Of a DNA stretch of 64,000 nt, positions 29,745-43,529 are shown one piece after another; position 1 is the stretch's first letter, and each line of letters starts with the position of its first letter. A program made the position numbers and the translations under genes. The stretch lies in NCBI RefSeq assembly GCF_009914755.1, contig NC_060928.1; one strand, written 5' to 3'. Source of the DNA: the human T2T-CHM13v2.0 reference genome, Homo sapiens. Below the pieces are notes generated by a model. That model was not told the DNA's origin and did no database searches. It saw nothing but the letters and a program-made list of their open reading frames with translations.

Positions 29745-30080
29745 CTTAGCCTTGCTTCCCTCAAAAAGCAGAGCCTGAGACAACAGCTAGCAGGCAGTTT
29801 ATTTTGGGCATGCTCCCAAGAAACAGTAGTGGGAGACTGGGAATAGTGTTAAAAAAAAAAAAGGAGAGAGAGAGGCCACATAAAGGTGCATTATCCAGCT
29901 GATCACTACTGTGGGCCACTGAGTTTGACTCCACAGGGGACCACCTTGGGAGACATGTGTATGCAGCTAGAATTGCCTCCTGGAGGAATGAAAGGGGGTG
30001 GCATTTACTCACTAGATTTGTCCTCCATTGGCTGAGGGATTCATCGGGGGCTAACTCCCTCACATTTTCCATTTTGCAAA
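29745..30080 (-). mobile_element. LTR16-family (ERVL) LTR
   Basis: aagcagagcctgagacaa...agtttattttggg...ataaaggtgcattatccagctgatcactactgtgggccactg resembles antisense LTR16. Confidence 0.65.
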
Positions 30081-30564
30081 AGATGTCAGAATGACATCTC
30101 TTCACTCTCTAGAATCTCTAGAAACAGCCTCCTTGACCTATGCTGCCACGTTGTCACCAGCTCGAGGGAGGCAGGGATATGGGGAGGGGATGCCCTGTGG
30201 GCTGCAAAACTCTACAGAGGGGCTGGATAATGAGCGCACATGTGTCTTCAGTGGGGAGGAATTTAAAGTGATGTACTCAATATGACTGTCTCCATCATCC
30301 AAGGAAACACACACACACTTCACTGGGGACCCGTGTAGACACACTGTAGGCCGTCATTTTCCTTTCTCATCAGATAGCACATGCTCTTCTGAAAGATTAT
30401 TTTCTATAAGCCACACAGTTGGAAGGAAACTCCACCCTTCATCCACAAAGACTGGTTTGGTCCTGGGATCCACCCTCCACCTCCTACTCAGTCCCTCCCA
30501 CCCAACTCTTGCAGGTAATAGGTAACGCTGGTTTCTTACTATATCCAGGCAAATTCTTTAACAG

Positions 30565-31130
30565 CCTGGACTCCACAGCCACACTGCCTGGGATCTTTGC
30601 TGGTTCTGCCATTTGCCAGCTGGATGACCTTGGACAGGTTACCTAACCTCTCTGAGCCTCATTTCTTCATCTTTAACATGAGGATCATAGCAGTACTTCT
30701 TAGGATCTTTGCAAAGATACATTGAGATCACATATGAAGAAGCACTTTTCTCTGGTTCCTCGAAAATGCCAAGGGGCCCTCACCCCCAAGCCTTCATGCC
30801 CACTTTTCCTTTTGCTTGAATTGCTCTTCCCAGATCTCCTCATGGTGGACTTCCTCACTTCACTCAGGTGTCACCTCTCAAAGACGGCCAGCCTAAGAAT
30901 TCTCTGTCCTCCAGCGCCCTAGCTCATTCACTCTTCTCTCATTCCCTGCTTTATTTTCCATGTAGCGCTTGCAGCTCCTGCATTCGTGTCCTTGTTTATT
31001 GTCTTTCTCACCCACCAGACGGCAAGATCCAGGAGGATGGAAACATCTGTCTCCACCACTGTATTCCCAGAGCTAAGAATAGTGTCTGTAAAGGCCCCAA
31101 ATATATTTACTGGATGAATTTATAGAATAA
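30565..31130 (+). mobile_element. MIR (~30565-30750) followed by an L2 fragment (~30760-31130)
   Basis: tgaccttggacaggttacctaacctctctgagcctcatttcttcatc; L2 3' motifs cactgtattcccagagctaagaatagtgtc. Confidence 0.65.
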
Positions 31131-32237
31131 ATAAGTTCCATGGGGACTTCCCAGCAGGTCAGTTGGGTTGAGGGGATGAGGGGTTTGTCTTCCCTACTGG
31201 TGAGAAGTTGTCCAAGGGGCAACCATTAAACACACATACATACACACATACGTACATGCACACATATGCACACAGACCTGTTCCTAGGGACAAACATTAA
31301 TTCTCAGAAAGTTTAAATCTACTTTCAAGGAAAGAGGACACTTCCTGGACTACAACAGAGTCTGCCTGCCTGCCCCTGGCAGAGTGAGCTTTTAGTGATT
31401 CTGTGAGGCAGTGGCCACTCCGGTCAGTCTAAAAAAACCAGCAGCCAGGCGTTGAGTGTATAAACATCAGGGCCCATTCCAGAACCATCAGCTTCTTGAT
31501 GGCCATTCCTGAGCCACACTGGGTCTTGCAAGAATCTTTGAAATTGAAGCTGTCTGTTTGCTTATATGTCTGTGTGGTTTTCTCTGCTGCGGTCTGTGTG
31601 TGTTTTCCTTCTGCTGCACTCAGAGGAAAGTTGGGCCAGACTTTCCTTTAAATACGCAGTGTGGGGTAGGGGGCAGTGTGAAGGCAGCTGTTGTTCTCCT
31701 TTGCAAGTTCCCCACATGTCAGTTGCAGATATTTAAAAAGCACAGGAAGCATGCGTGTGTGTGCACGCGCACACACACATACACACACATACACACCAGT
31801 TTTTTTGGTGGGGAGTGGGGTAGGGGGACTTCTGGCGTATGCTTTTGAGTGGGCAGTATGCTCTTGAGTGCCAGGATTTTCTGAATCTCCACATTCCAGG
31901 CCTGACCATCTTCAGGAGACCTTCTCCATCTTTCAACCTCAGTTTGCTTCTTCCCAGACTCACAGTCTATGAAGGAGTAGCATCAAACCCAGCAGAAACA
32001 GCACATCTATCAAAGGAGGCTGTCACAGAATTTACTGGTTAGAAATTTCATTGAGCTCTAGTTTATAAACTAAGCTTTTTTTTTTTTTTTGCAGGAATGC
32101 TCTGGGGGGACATATATATTTTAGAGGTTAAATTATATATATATATACATCAAATGTAACCTTTTAAAACACTATTAATGCAAAAACAGTAGTTTCCGTT
32201 CATTCTTTTGAAAATGGAATACTACTGTCAAGTCTTT

Positions 32238-32536
<299 letters not shown>

Positions 32537-32646
32537 TCAAGTCTTTACGGTAGATTATGTTTCCACAATTTTCTGCAAATGTTTTCCGTTTTACGCAGGT
32601 AGTTAAAATTTAAACATATGCCGGTAAGGCTAATTTTAAGTGTTAG

Positions 32647-32660
32647 CCAGTAGATGGCAG
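32647..32660 (+). promoter_or_regulatory. Candidate CTCF site CCAGTAGATGGCAG
   Basis: Exact match to the core consensus CCASYAGRKGGCRS, in unique sequence that retains CpGs. Confidence 0.5.
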
Positions 32661-33770
32661 TAAGTTTGAACTTGGTCTGGGAAATGGCTTTTCGGTAGTT
32701 TGATGTAACAGAGCACACAAGTCAGCCTGAGCATAGCATAGGCTTAAAGGTAAACAGCTTTCGACAAAAACGAACTGAAACGTGGCCACCAATTATGATC
32801 TTTGTAATGAGCATCTTTGTAAAGTCCGCTTGCACTTCTATACTTCATGGCATTTATTAAGAAATCTATACTGAAGGCCCACTTTGTGCCAGGAGGGGCG
32901 GTTGTAGCACACAGGATTGTTGCCATTATGAAAGTTACATTTTAGTACAATCACTTCATTTGTCATCCCAATACAAATGGTCTCCAAATGACCTTTCGAA
33001 GCAGGTGTATTGAGGTGCAAAGTGAAGTTGTTACAGAGAGGTTTTTAAAAACGTTCTTTCTTGGCTCTCCCAACAATCCCATATGGGTATAGTCATCAAG
33101 AATGAAAAGCAGATCCTGTGGCTCACTAAAATGACTTCTGCATGAACTAAGAGAAGAAAGTTTAGTTTCCAGAAGGTTGGATCATCTCTTAGATATGAAA
33201 AAACAAACTTTTATGATTCCTTGAGCTCAGAGTTGATGAATCGGCACGGACAGGTCTGGATAATGTTTCAGAGGCTTGGAAGAATGTGTCCTCTTGTTCT
33301 TCTGTCTCTAGGGCTTGCTTATGGGGTGGATAATTCAGACAGGGGGATGCCTTCCACAGTCAGAATCCTGTTCTGCTGTGTTTTTCAGGTGCAGCAGGTG
33401 GTCCAGGAGGATTGCCAAGGACCAAAGGCACCTCTCCCAGGATGCTGTGATGCTGGTGGCCAAGCCAACCAGGCTCAGGTTCCCCTTGTGCGTGATGCTA
33501 CTGGAACCTCCTAGCCCCAGCCGATTAGTCCAGCGTGGGCGTCTGATGGGGCAGCTTTCAATTCACTGGAAGCCCAGCTTGGAGTGGCAGGTGTCTGAAG
33601 CACAGCAGATGGATTGGCAGCAAAGTGTGGAGGCCCAGGCACCAAGCCCCAGGCGGGGAGAGGGTTGGGGTTCAAGTGAGTGTTCAGGACAGTACGAAGG
33701 ACACGAGACCCTCGACTGCAGCAGGCTCAACCTACTCCAACTTTCTCCTTGATAAGAATCCCCTGGGGGA

Positions 33771-34134
<364 letters not shown>

Positions 34135-34172
34135 TTAGTGGTCTGGGGTGGAGCTTGACTTTCTTTATTTCT

Positions 34173-34486
34173 TTTTTTTAATTTATTTTTTTCCCTTCAA
34201 GACAGGGTGTTGCTCTGTTGCCCAGGCTGGAGAGCAGTGTCACTATCTTGGCTCACTGTAACCTCCACCTCCACCTCCCAGATTCAAGTGATTCTCCTGC
34301 CTCAGCCTCCTGAGTAGCTGGGATTACAGGCACACACCACCACACCCAGTTAATTTTTGTATTTTTAGTAGAGATGGGGTTTTGCCACGTTGCCCAGGCT
34401 GGTCTCGAACTCCTGGCCTCCTGTGATCTGCCTGCCTCGGCCTCCCGAAGTGCTGGGATGACAAGTGTGAGCCACTGCACCGGGCC
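34173..34486 (-). mobile_element. Alu SINE, inverted relative to the 33771 copy
   Basis: Full dimer; TSD-like tga(c/g)tttctttatttct. Confidence 0.93.
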
Positions 34487-34928
34487 TCTGAGTTTCTTTA
34501 TTTCTAACATGATGGGGCTGGTCCTTGGACCATACTGAGTAATAGGGGCTTTGATTCCCTTTCAGCTCTCGATTCTACAACGATTCATGTCACTGAAATG
34601 ACTCTGGTTTTCTATGTAGTAGGGAAAGAATGTTGGATGTCAACATTTCTGTAGGCATCTGTCTTGTGACTGCCTTGCTATTAACCCTTTACAAAAGCTA
34701 TCTCATTTAATCCTCTCCACACTCAACCCTGTGATTGCCTTATTATCCCCATCATAGATACAATCAAAAGAGGATCAGAGAGCTTAAGTAATTTGCCTGA
34801 GTTGAACAGTAAACAGGTGAAGGAGGTGAAGGATTTGGGATTCGAACCAACGTCAGGCTGGCCTAATGCTCATTAATTACTTACTTATCTAATTACTTAC
34901 TCTATACCGAATTATTTAAAAATCTGTA

Positions 34929-35060
34929 GGTTGTGTAGGGGGGCGGCTCATGCCTGTAATCCCAACACTTTGGGAGGCCAAGGTAGGAAGATTGCTTGAG
35001 GCCAAGAGTTCAAGCATCAACCTGGCCAATGTAGCAAGACGCCATCTCTATAAAAAAAAA
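34929..35060 (+). mobile_element. Alu monomer (FLAM-like)
   Basis: Single left arm ending ccatctctataaaaaaaaa. Confidence 0.8.
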
Positions 35061-35374
35061 TCTATGAACTAAATGCTATAGCAGGCACTGGGGACATAAG
35101 ATGAGCAGAATAGATGAGGCATTGGCCCTTGTGGAGCTACCAGCTTATCAGGAAACGTGGGTATTTAAATAAGAAATGCCACCACAGAGCGAAAACAGAT
35201 CTGAAACCTTCCACTTATCACCGTGTCCATTGCTGCCGTCTGGTCCTTGTCTCCCTCATCTCTTGCCTAAAGGACTGCAATGATTTCCTCGCTTTCTGTT
35301 TTGTCTAGAATATTCTTCCCCAGCTCTTTATGAGGCTGGCCCATTCCTGCACTCCAACCTCACCTGCTCTGTGA

Positions 35375-35890
35375 GGCAGTGTGTGGGGTAGCGGGTGACA
35401 GCGTGACTCGTGGTGCCAATACCTGGGCCTGCCTTCCAGCTCTTCTGCTTTTCAGCTGTGTGAAGCAGGGCAGGTTACTTCACTTCTCTAGGTATCACTT
35501 TTCTCACCTGTAAAAGGGGCAGTAACAGCTTCTACTCCGTAGGGTCGCTGTGAGGATTAAGTGAGTTAATATACATGAAGTTCTTAGAATGGTGTGTGTC
35601 AAAGCGTAAGCAGCATAGAAACTTCTGTCACTGTTATTCCCTACCCACCCTGCCTACCTGTGGCACACCCTCTTCCATTCAAGTGTACCACACCACACTG
35701 TTACATTTTCTTCATAGTCCTTGTGATCAAACCACCTGTGTGTTTATTTGTGTGCTGTCTGTCTCTCCACCTCTAGAATCTAAACCAGGAGACCTGGGCA
35801 TTGTCTTGTAACCCATGCATTTCCAGTTCCTGGAGCTGGGTCTGGTATATAGTAGGTTCTCAAGAACTATGTCCTACAGGAATGAATGAA
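35375..35890 (+). mobile_element. MIR (~35375-35610) plus L2 3' fragment (~35640-35890)
   Basis: ggcaggttacttcacttctct...ttttctcacctgtaaaagggg...gtgaggattaagtgagttaata; ggtatatagtaggttctcaa...gaatgaatgaa. Confidence 0.7.
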
Positions 35891-36835
35891 TAGACATGAG
35901 AAGTTGGGGTGCTATGGGAGAATGCAGTTGTGTTCTCTAGCTCAGGCCAGGCTGTCAGGGAATGGCTTCCTGATACAGTGCATGACATTGACTCAATTAG
36001 ACACTGTCCCCCAACCCAAAAGCCACAGCTTCTGCCATTAAGTACAGATGATGGAAACAAATGTATGGACTTCGCTGGCCTCTGCTGACTTCTTCCTTGA
36101 GTAGTTTGAGCCTTCCTGGAAAATCTTTAAGAGACTTTAAGCTCAGAAGTCAAAACTTGAAGAACCTCTAGTTATTGAATGTTAAAGCCAACAGTCTGTC
36201 TTGGATCGTGTTGGTGTGTGTCATACCTTTGACATTATATTTAAACATGAGTTTTTATATTTAATAAACAGAAGGGCCCTGAGAGATTTCCTGGAACCTT
36301 CTGCTCACATTAATCATCTTCTTGAACACATACTGCCATTTGGACTGCGGATCTGGCCAAACTTTGAGGGAGGGGTGAAGAGGAAGAGAAGTCCTCATAA
36401 GCCCAGCTAGAATTGCCAACAGGCTTCAACTTTCCCTGAGCAAATGATAGAATGAAACAGATGCATGGCTTTTGCTAAGCCCTTCTTGCAGGATTTTGAG
36501 CCTTCCTGAAAAATGAGCTCTATGCTGGGGTCTGCCTCACTCTAGGCTGCTAGGAGTACGAAACCAGGATACCCTAGAAAATGTCCTCAGCTTGTAAATG
36601 TCGTTCTCATGAGACTGCTGATTTCTCAAATCCTAATAGCAAAGTCTTTCTTTTTGCAAAGAGACAAGACTTGAAAAACACATACGTTTGGGAGGAGAAA
36701 GTCTGTAACTGAAATTCAGTCTAAGAAGTGAAAGCTCAACCCCAGACTTTTAGGTTGAAAAGTTTTGGTAGGGAGAAGGCAGACGAGAAAGATAGGGAGA
36801 CATGTAGAGAGAGGTGGTAGGAAATAAAGGACAGT

Positions 36836-37226
36836 GTATCAGTCAGCTACCACTACAGTAATGCTGTGTAACAAAAACATCCAGACTCAGTGACACACAT
36901 TGAGCATTTATTTTTCCCTCATGTGGCCATTGGTCAACTTGGGTTCAAGCCTCATCTGTTTTAGGCTTGGCTCCAAGCTGCAGATAAGAACCTGATCTGG
37001 CCCTGGGTCTCTCTTGTCCTTCTTGGACCAGCTTCATACTGAGTGTTTCCACTCATGTCTCTTCAGTCCTAGGCTTAAAACTTGCCCACTGTCACTTCGG
37101 ACCCCCATTCTTTTGGCCAAAGCAAGTCACACAGTGAATCCCAATATAGCTGGGAGAGGGAAGTGTATGCTTCCCATGGAGGTACTAGTGGTGATGTTTG
37201 CTGAGCAATAATTGAATCTTCCACAG
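36836..37226 (-). mobile_element. Old MaLR LTR (MLT1-type)
   Basis: tgtatcagtcagcta...taatgctgtgtaacaaaaacatccagactcagtg...ttggccaaagcaagtcacacag. Confidence 0.65.
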
Positions 37227-38744
37227 GCAGCCTGCATATCAAAGGCCACCTTTACCAATCTCACAATGTATCTTGCATTGCATTCATCCCTTTTAGTTTC
37301 CTTGGGTCCTCACAGAATTAGGACATTGAACCTTAACTAAGGTCGAGGGTCTTTACATCATGTTGCCCCCACCACCCTGTCAATGCACTATAATTTTATT
37401 CTGCAAATAACTCCTCTCTCCTAAATGCTCCTCTATTTCCACTACTCACTTTGAACTCTAGGACACCAGGTCCCACTTACTCTACTTCCTTGGCCTAAAA
37501 CGGTTCAGATTCCCTTTCCCTCTCTGGACCTTTATATTCTTCGTTTGAATACTGAGGGCCACCCCCCACCCCCATAGAAAACCTAGCTGTCGCTCAGTGT
37601 ACTGGAATTTTTCAAAAATCCCCTTAAACAAACAAGGGTTCAGGGACCTGGGAGCTAGAGTTTCAGACTCACCTTAATGAGATTTTCCTTTCCCTGCAGG
37701 AAATTCAATAGAAAGGTTATTTTCATAGTTAATAAGTGTATTTTGTTACTGCCAAGCTAAAAATCAGAAATTGACAGATCAAAACTGACAACAGCAAAAC
37801 CTAAACATATTTTCCTGTTTGCCCTGCAGCGCACATGCGCAGTGCCTCTCACCTTTGGCTTTGATCTTGCAATTTGCAGGCAGCTGGGTTCATAGGCACC
37901 CACTTAGGTAAACAGGAGGAATGGGAACCCTAAAGGGCTGTGAGGCATGGCAGTGGCTTTCTGCTTCCCCGGGTGGTGCTGGCTCCCGATTACAGCGGGC
38001 AAGAGCAGTCCTCGCCCCCAGTGAATCGGCAGGACCCAGCTCACGTTGTGCAAATTCACTCAGTGGGAGAGACGTGGGCGGCCTGGATACCTGCCCTGCT
38101 CAATGCCTGTGAGAAGCAGAAACAGGCTTCCCGTCACCTCCCTTCTTCTCCAACAGCAGATCCAGCCTGGTGCCCTTTGGGGACTGAGTAAGAAAGGAGG
38201 GGAGGGCCCCATGTGTTTACCGGTAGAGTATTTAGGGTAGCGAAGGAGTCTCCGAGTGAGGAATCAGCAACACTGAGTTTCCACTTTTATAGGGAAGGAA
38301 ACCCTGGAAGCCCACTTTCAAAGAAGGAGAGGAAGGTTTAGGGGAAATGATGTAACTGTCTTATGGGATCTACCTCTATCTGGCTTTTGTTCAAGTGATG
38401 TCTAGGGGCTGGTCCGTGACATTGGGACTCACCCTGGGCAAACCCTGGGCTGAGGACCATGGAGAAGATCAAAAGTCAGTGAACCAGCTCTTCCAGCTTT
38501 GGACCTAAGCGGGGAGACAGGAAGAACATGCAAGGAAGTTTTACGAGCACACAGACCAGCGGGGCGCAGGTGCAAATCCATGCACTGCAAAACTCTACCA
38601 ACACTCTCTGCAAAATTCAAGAAATATTTATTGAGCATCTCCTCTGTGCCGCGTTCCTCTTCATGGGCTTGCCAGAAGCAAAATTGACAATTCCAACCAT
38701 CCAACCATGTCTTGTCTCATTGACTAGTAATTTTAGTTAGCTAA

Positions 38745-38955
<211 letters not shown>

Positions 38956-39622
38956 GTTAGCTAACATTTTTGAGCACCGTTGGTATGGTAAGTCCTTTTT
39001 GAAAAGATGACGCCATTCATTCTCTGCAATTCCCTTTGAAATAGACACTGCTCTCCTCCCCCAACTTCACAGACAATCAAATGGAGACACAGAGAGGTTA
39101 TTAACTTGTCGAAGGGCTCACAGCCAGCAAGGGTAAGAATCTGGGAGTGAACTTGCTAGTCTGGCTCTGGAGTCCTCCCTGTAATGCTACCTGTCCCCTT
39201 TTCACCACGGGAACACTCTCTAAATTAGCAAGGATAGGGCCTCAGCTTGTGGTTTGCTCTCCCCAGCCACCCCGCCATTACTAAGCAGGTCTCGGTGGTT
39301 TGGCCATGGGCCTCTTGAGTCCAGCCTGAGAGGAGAGTCAGAGGCTGGTGCTGAGAATGTGGGTGACATCATACACCTTGTGTCCCCCCAAATCCATGTC
39401 ACCTGTCTCCCGGGCAATGCCAGCATTCCTCATCTGTCCCATAATGTTTATGGAATAGGAAGGCTGATACTCCTTCCCTGCCCTTGGACCACTGCAGTCC
39501 TGGGTCAGTCCCAGCCTGTGACTCGGGGGCCCCTCCAGTGGCTCATAGGCAGGGAGTGGTAGTGAGATCCACAGCCCCATAAATCCTCCTCTTGGGAAAC
39601 AGGGAGTCAAACCTGCTGAAGA

Positions 39623-40024
<402 letters not shown>

Positions 40025-40816
40025 TCATGCATATTCCTCAGCCCCACACCAGGCCCTAGGGATGAGGCCCAGCATCTGAATTTCAAATAAACCCTTCCCA
40101 TGATCTCTCTGCACATTCATGTTTGAGAATGCTAGTTTTCTTTTGTAACTTTTACCAGGGAGTCCTTGCAATATTGCTTTGGTCTGGGGAAGTAGTGCTA
40201 TTTATCTAATTATAAAGACCTTCATTTTCATTGGGCAGGGTGCATCTGGGAGTTAAGAATGGCAAATGCCAAACCGTGTGTCTGCGGGTGTGAGGCTGAG
40301 GATCGTACTTTCCACCTATAGGCACAGGTGGAGACTGCATCATCACTCGAGCCTGTCGGCCCCATTCACTCAGGCTTCCCACGTGCCCACTCCACAGTAA
40401 ATTGTTTCCTGTTTGGCAGCACTTCTTGCACTTCAAAGAATTTGCCAGAAGAGTCCAGACCTAGGTACCTGCCCAGTTCCTTAGAGGGGACTCAGATCCC
40501 TGCAAGGGTATAGCCTTTGGTGAGTCCCAGTCCTGAGCCTTGCTCACTTGACCCTCTTCTGGGGCTGGGGACAATGAATACGTGTGTTCCAAAGGCGTAA
40601 ATTCTTGCTCTGCCCTCACCAGGGATGTGACTCTGGGCAGGCTTCTTGATCTCTTGAAGTCTCAACTATAAAATGAGGTTAATAATACTCACCAAACTCA
40701 GAACCTGGATTTGCTGGCACTGTCTTTGTATATATCTAGGAGCCATGGACCCTGGTCAAACTGTTTTTTCGTAACAGTAGCTTTGACAGGTCGAAAATGT
40801 CACAGGAGAGAAACAA

Positions 40817-41630
40817 TGTTGGAAGATAGAATAATGCACCCCCCTGCCAAAGATAACCACACCCTAATCCCTGGAACCTGCCACTGTTACCATTCTCCAG
40901 GAAGGCTAATGTCGCCGATCACAAAGGTCCTTATAGAAGGGAGGCAGGAGAGTCAGAGTCAGAGAGGGAGATGGGTAGGTGGAAGCACAGAGAGAGAGAA
41001 AAGAAGAATAGGAAGGAAGGAAGGAAGAAGGGAAGGAAGGAAGGAAAGAAGGAGAAGGAGGAGGAGAAGGAGAAGGAGGAGGAGAAGAAGAAGAAGAAAA
41101 AGAAAAAGAAGAAGAAGGAGAAGGAAGAAGAAGAAGAAGAAGGAGGAGGAGGAAGAGGAGGAGGAGGGGAAGAAGAAGAAGGAGGGGAAGAGGAAGGAGA
41201 AGGAGGGGAAGGGGAAGGAGAAGGAGAAGAGGAAGAGGAAGAAGAAGAAGAAAGAGGAAGAAGAAGAAGAAGAAAGCGGGAAGAGGAGGAGAAGGTGTAG
41301 AGGAGAAGGAGGAGAGAGAGAAGGGGAGGAGGGAGAGGAATGGGAAGGGAGGGGGAGGGAGAGAGAGAGATTTGAAGATGCTGTGCTGATGCTGGCCTTG
41401 AAGATGAAAGAAGAGGTCACAAGTCAAGGATCCTGAAGGAAGCCTCAGGAAACTGAGAGAGGTAAGAAATGGATGCTCCCCTAGAATTCCTAGAAGAAAT
41501 GCAGTCCTACTGGCATCCTGAGGTTAGCCCACTGGAACCCATTTCAGACTTCTGAACTACAAGATCACGAATCTGTTTAAGCCACTAAGTTTGTGGTCAT
41601 TTGCTACAGCAGCCATAGGAAAACGCCATA
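40817..41630 (+). mobile_element. MaLR solo LTR (MLT1D-like) split by a purine-rich repeat
   Basis: ccctaatccctggaacctg...aggtccttatagaagggaggcaggagagtcagagtcagag [tract] gagatttgaagatgctg...aagccactaagtttgtggtcatttgctacagcagccataggaaa. Confidence 0.8.
40989..41370 (+). repeat. GA-rich low-complexity / (GAA,GAG,GGAA)n purine tract
   Basis: 41010-41276 contains only A and G (267 nt); only five pyrimidines in the whole interval. Confidence 0.97.
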
Positions 41631-41869
41631 GCTAGGATTCTTGGACTTGGCTCCAAATGAGGGCCAGAAGTCTGGGAAGGTGACAGAGACTCATTGGTCA
41701 GAGGCACTCCTTTCTTTCCTTCCAGATGGGCGCAGTGCCTTTTATGTGACCACCCCGGTCGTGTCCTTTGCATGCGCAGCTGTAGTGCAGCCCTCATTCA
41801 TATGTAATTTCTCATCTCTCGGTCTTTCTTCTCTGCTGCCTTACACCCACCCCATTGACAGCCCCTGGT

Positions 41870-41995
41870 TAGGGTTGCCCGAGTACACAAATAAAAATAC
41901 AACATTGCCCAAGACATGCTTATACTAAGACATTATTCACCATTTATCTGAAATTCAAATTGAAATGGCGTTTTGTATTTTATCTGGCAACCTTA
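41870..41995. mobile_element. Internally deleted MER53 MITE
   Basis: TIRs tagggttgcc / ggcaacctta; internal tttatctgaaattcaaatt and gacatgcttatactaa. Confidence 0.75.
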
Positions 41996-42399
41996 CACCT
42001 GGAAGGTGCCCAAGAAAACACCTGCAGAATTAGGTCTTGGGATCTGTTTGCTCCACCCCTGGAGAATTTTTCAGCTGGGCTAAAAGTCCCTTAGCCATTT
42101 GTGTTCTCTCTTGCCCACCTTGTATATTTGCCTCAACTGGCTGTACTCTTGTTGCAGCTGCTGCCTCTGTGCTTGAGGAAAGTCATTGAAATTAGAGAAC
42201 AGGAGAGAAAGACAGAAGCAGTTGATGAAGAAGAGGTCAAAGAACAGATGTGAGGACTTGGCTCAAGTTTTCAGTGGTTCCTGCTAGTGCCATGTAAGGG
42301 GCATTAGTAAGGTTCCATCTTCTCTGACCATCTTGGGCTGGTTCTGGGCCTTTGGAATGAGTGGACTTTTGAACCCTGCATCCTTCAGGGAGCAGAGGC

Positions 42400-42570
42400 A
42401 TATTTGTGGGTGGCTTAAACAACAGAAATGTATTATCTCACAGTTCTGGAGGCTGGAAATCCAAGATCAAGGTGTCAGCAGGGTTGGTTTCTGGTAAGGG
42501 CCCTCTCCTTGGCTTGCAGTTGGCCGCTCTCTTGCTGCCTGTTCACATGATTGTCTCTCTGTGCATGGGT
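42400..42570 (-). mobile_element. MLT1A/B-type LTR fragment
   Basis: tgggtggcttaaacaacagaaatgtattatctcacagttctggaggctggaaatccaagatcaaggtgtcagcagggttgg. Confidence 0.8.
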
Positions 42571-42713
42571 GTGCACGAGGCCATCATGACACCTTCATGT
42601 ACGATGTTCTGTGCTAGATTTGGGGGTTGCTTGTTATTGAAGCACAAGGCAACAAACACTGATGAATAAACCCAGAAACCTCAAGCAGAGTTCTTACATT
42701 TCATTGGCTAGAG

Positions 42714-43400
42714 CCAGTGGTGTTTTAGGGTTGGCTTGTATTGGCTTGTAAGGGCCAGTTGTTAACTTTCCAGAAAACTTGGTAGTTGATACTCAAAATG
42801 CATCCATATTAGGCCACTCTTGCTTTTCTATAAAGGAATATCTGAGACTGGGTAATTTATAAGGAAAAGAATTTTAATTGGTTCACAGTTCTGCGGGCTG
42901 TACAGGCAAAAGCAGGAGCAAGAGGGAGAGAGGAGAAGTAGGTGCCTCACACTTTTAAATGACCAGATATTGTGAGGATTCACTCACTATTATGAGGATA
43001 GCACCACGGGGATGGCGCTAAACCATTTATGAGAAATCCTCACCCATGAGCCAATCGCCTTCCACCAGGCCCCACTTCCGGCATCGAGGGTTACATTTCA
43101 GTATGAGATTTGGGCCAGGACAAATATCCAAAGTATATCAGCATCACTTTTTTAATTATTTTACTACAGGTAGCTATCATCTATGCTCTTGTTATTTATG
43201 TTTCTTGCATCTGCGTGGTGGAAATACTATAAAATAATGGGCTACAGCACGTCTCTCCCAGCTCCCTGTTCAATGAGGCCATGCTGGTGACTTGAAATTG
43301 TCTGTGATAGTATTTATACAATAGAAATCAGCAAACTAGCTATAAATTAGAATTTTTTTTTTCTTTTTCAATTAGAGAGCAAGTTGTTAAGCATCCCTGG
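42714..43400. mobile_element. MER63-like hAT transposon interrupted by an MSTB-like LTR (42805-43140, minus strand)
   Basis: ccagtggtg start and tatctatgctctt...ggtggaaatactat MER63 motifs; LTR flanked by 5-bp TSD gcatc at 42800-42804 and 43141-43145. Confidence 0.72.
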
Positions 43401-43529
43401 CCAGACTGGGACACAAACCTACCTCTCAACCAATAACTAGCAAAAGGGAATAAGATTATCATGTCTGGCACAGATTTATCATGATTTATCTCCTGGACGT
43501 AGGCTCTTTTTCTCTAAACATAATGCCAT

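Noticed and set aside
40376-40383. Perfect RBPJ/CSL site TTCCCACG, suggesting autoregulation
   Set aside because: An 8-mer is expected about once or twice by chance in 64 kb on both strands; no paired site or correctly spaced PTF1 E-box
40711-41436. 241-aa Arg/Lys/Glu-rich ORF and three overlapping ORFs on both strands
   Set aside because: They stay open because a pure-purine tract has no stop codons on either strand; the flanks are LTR sequence
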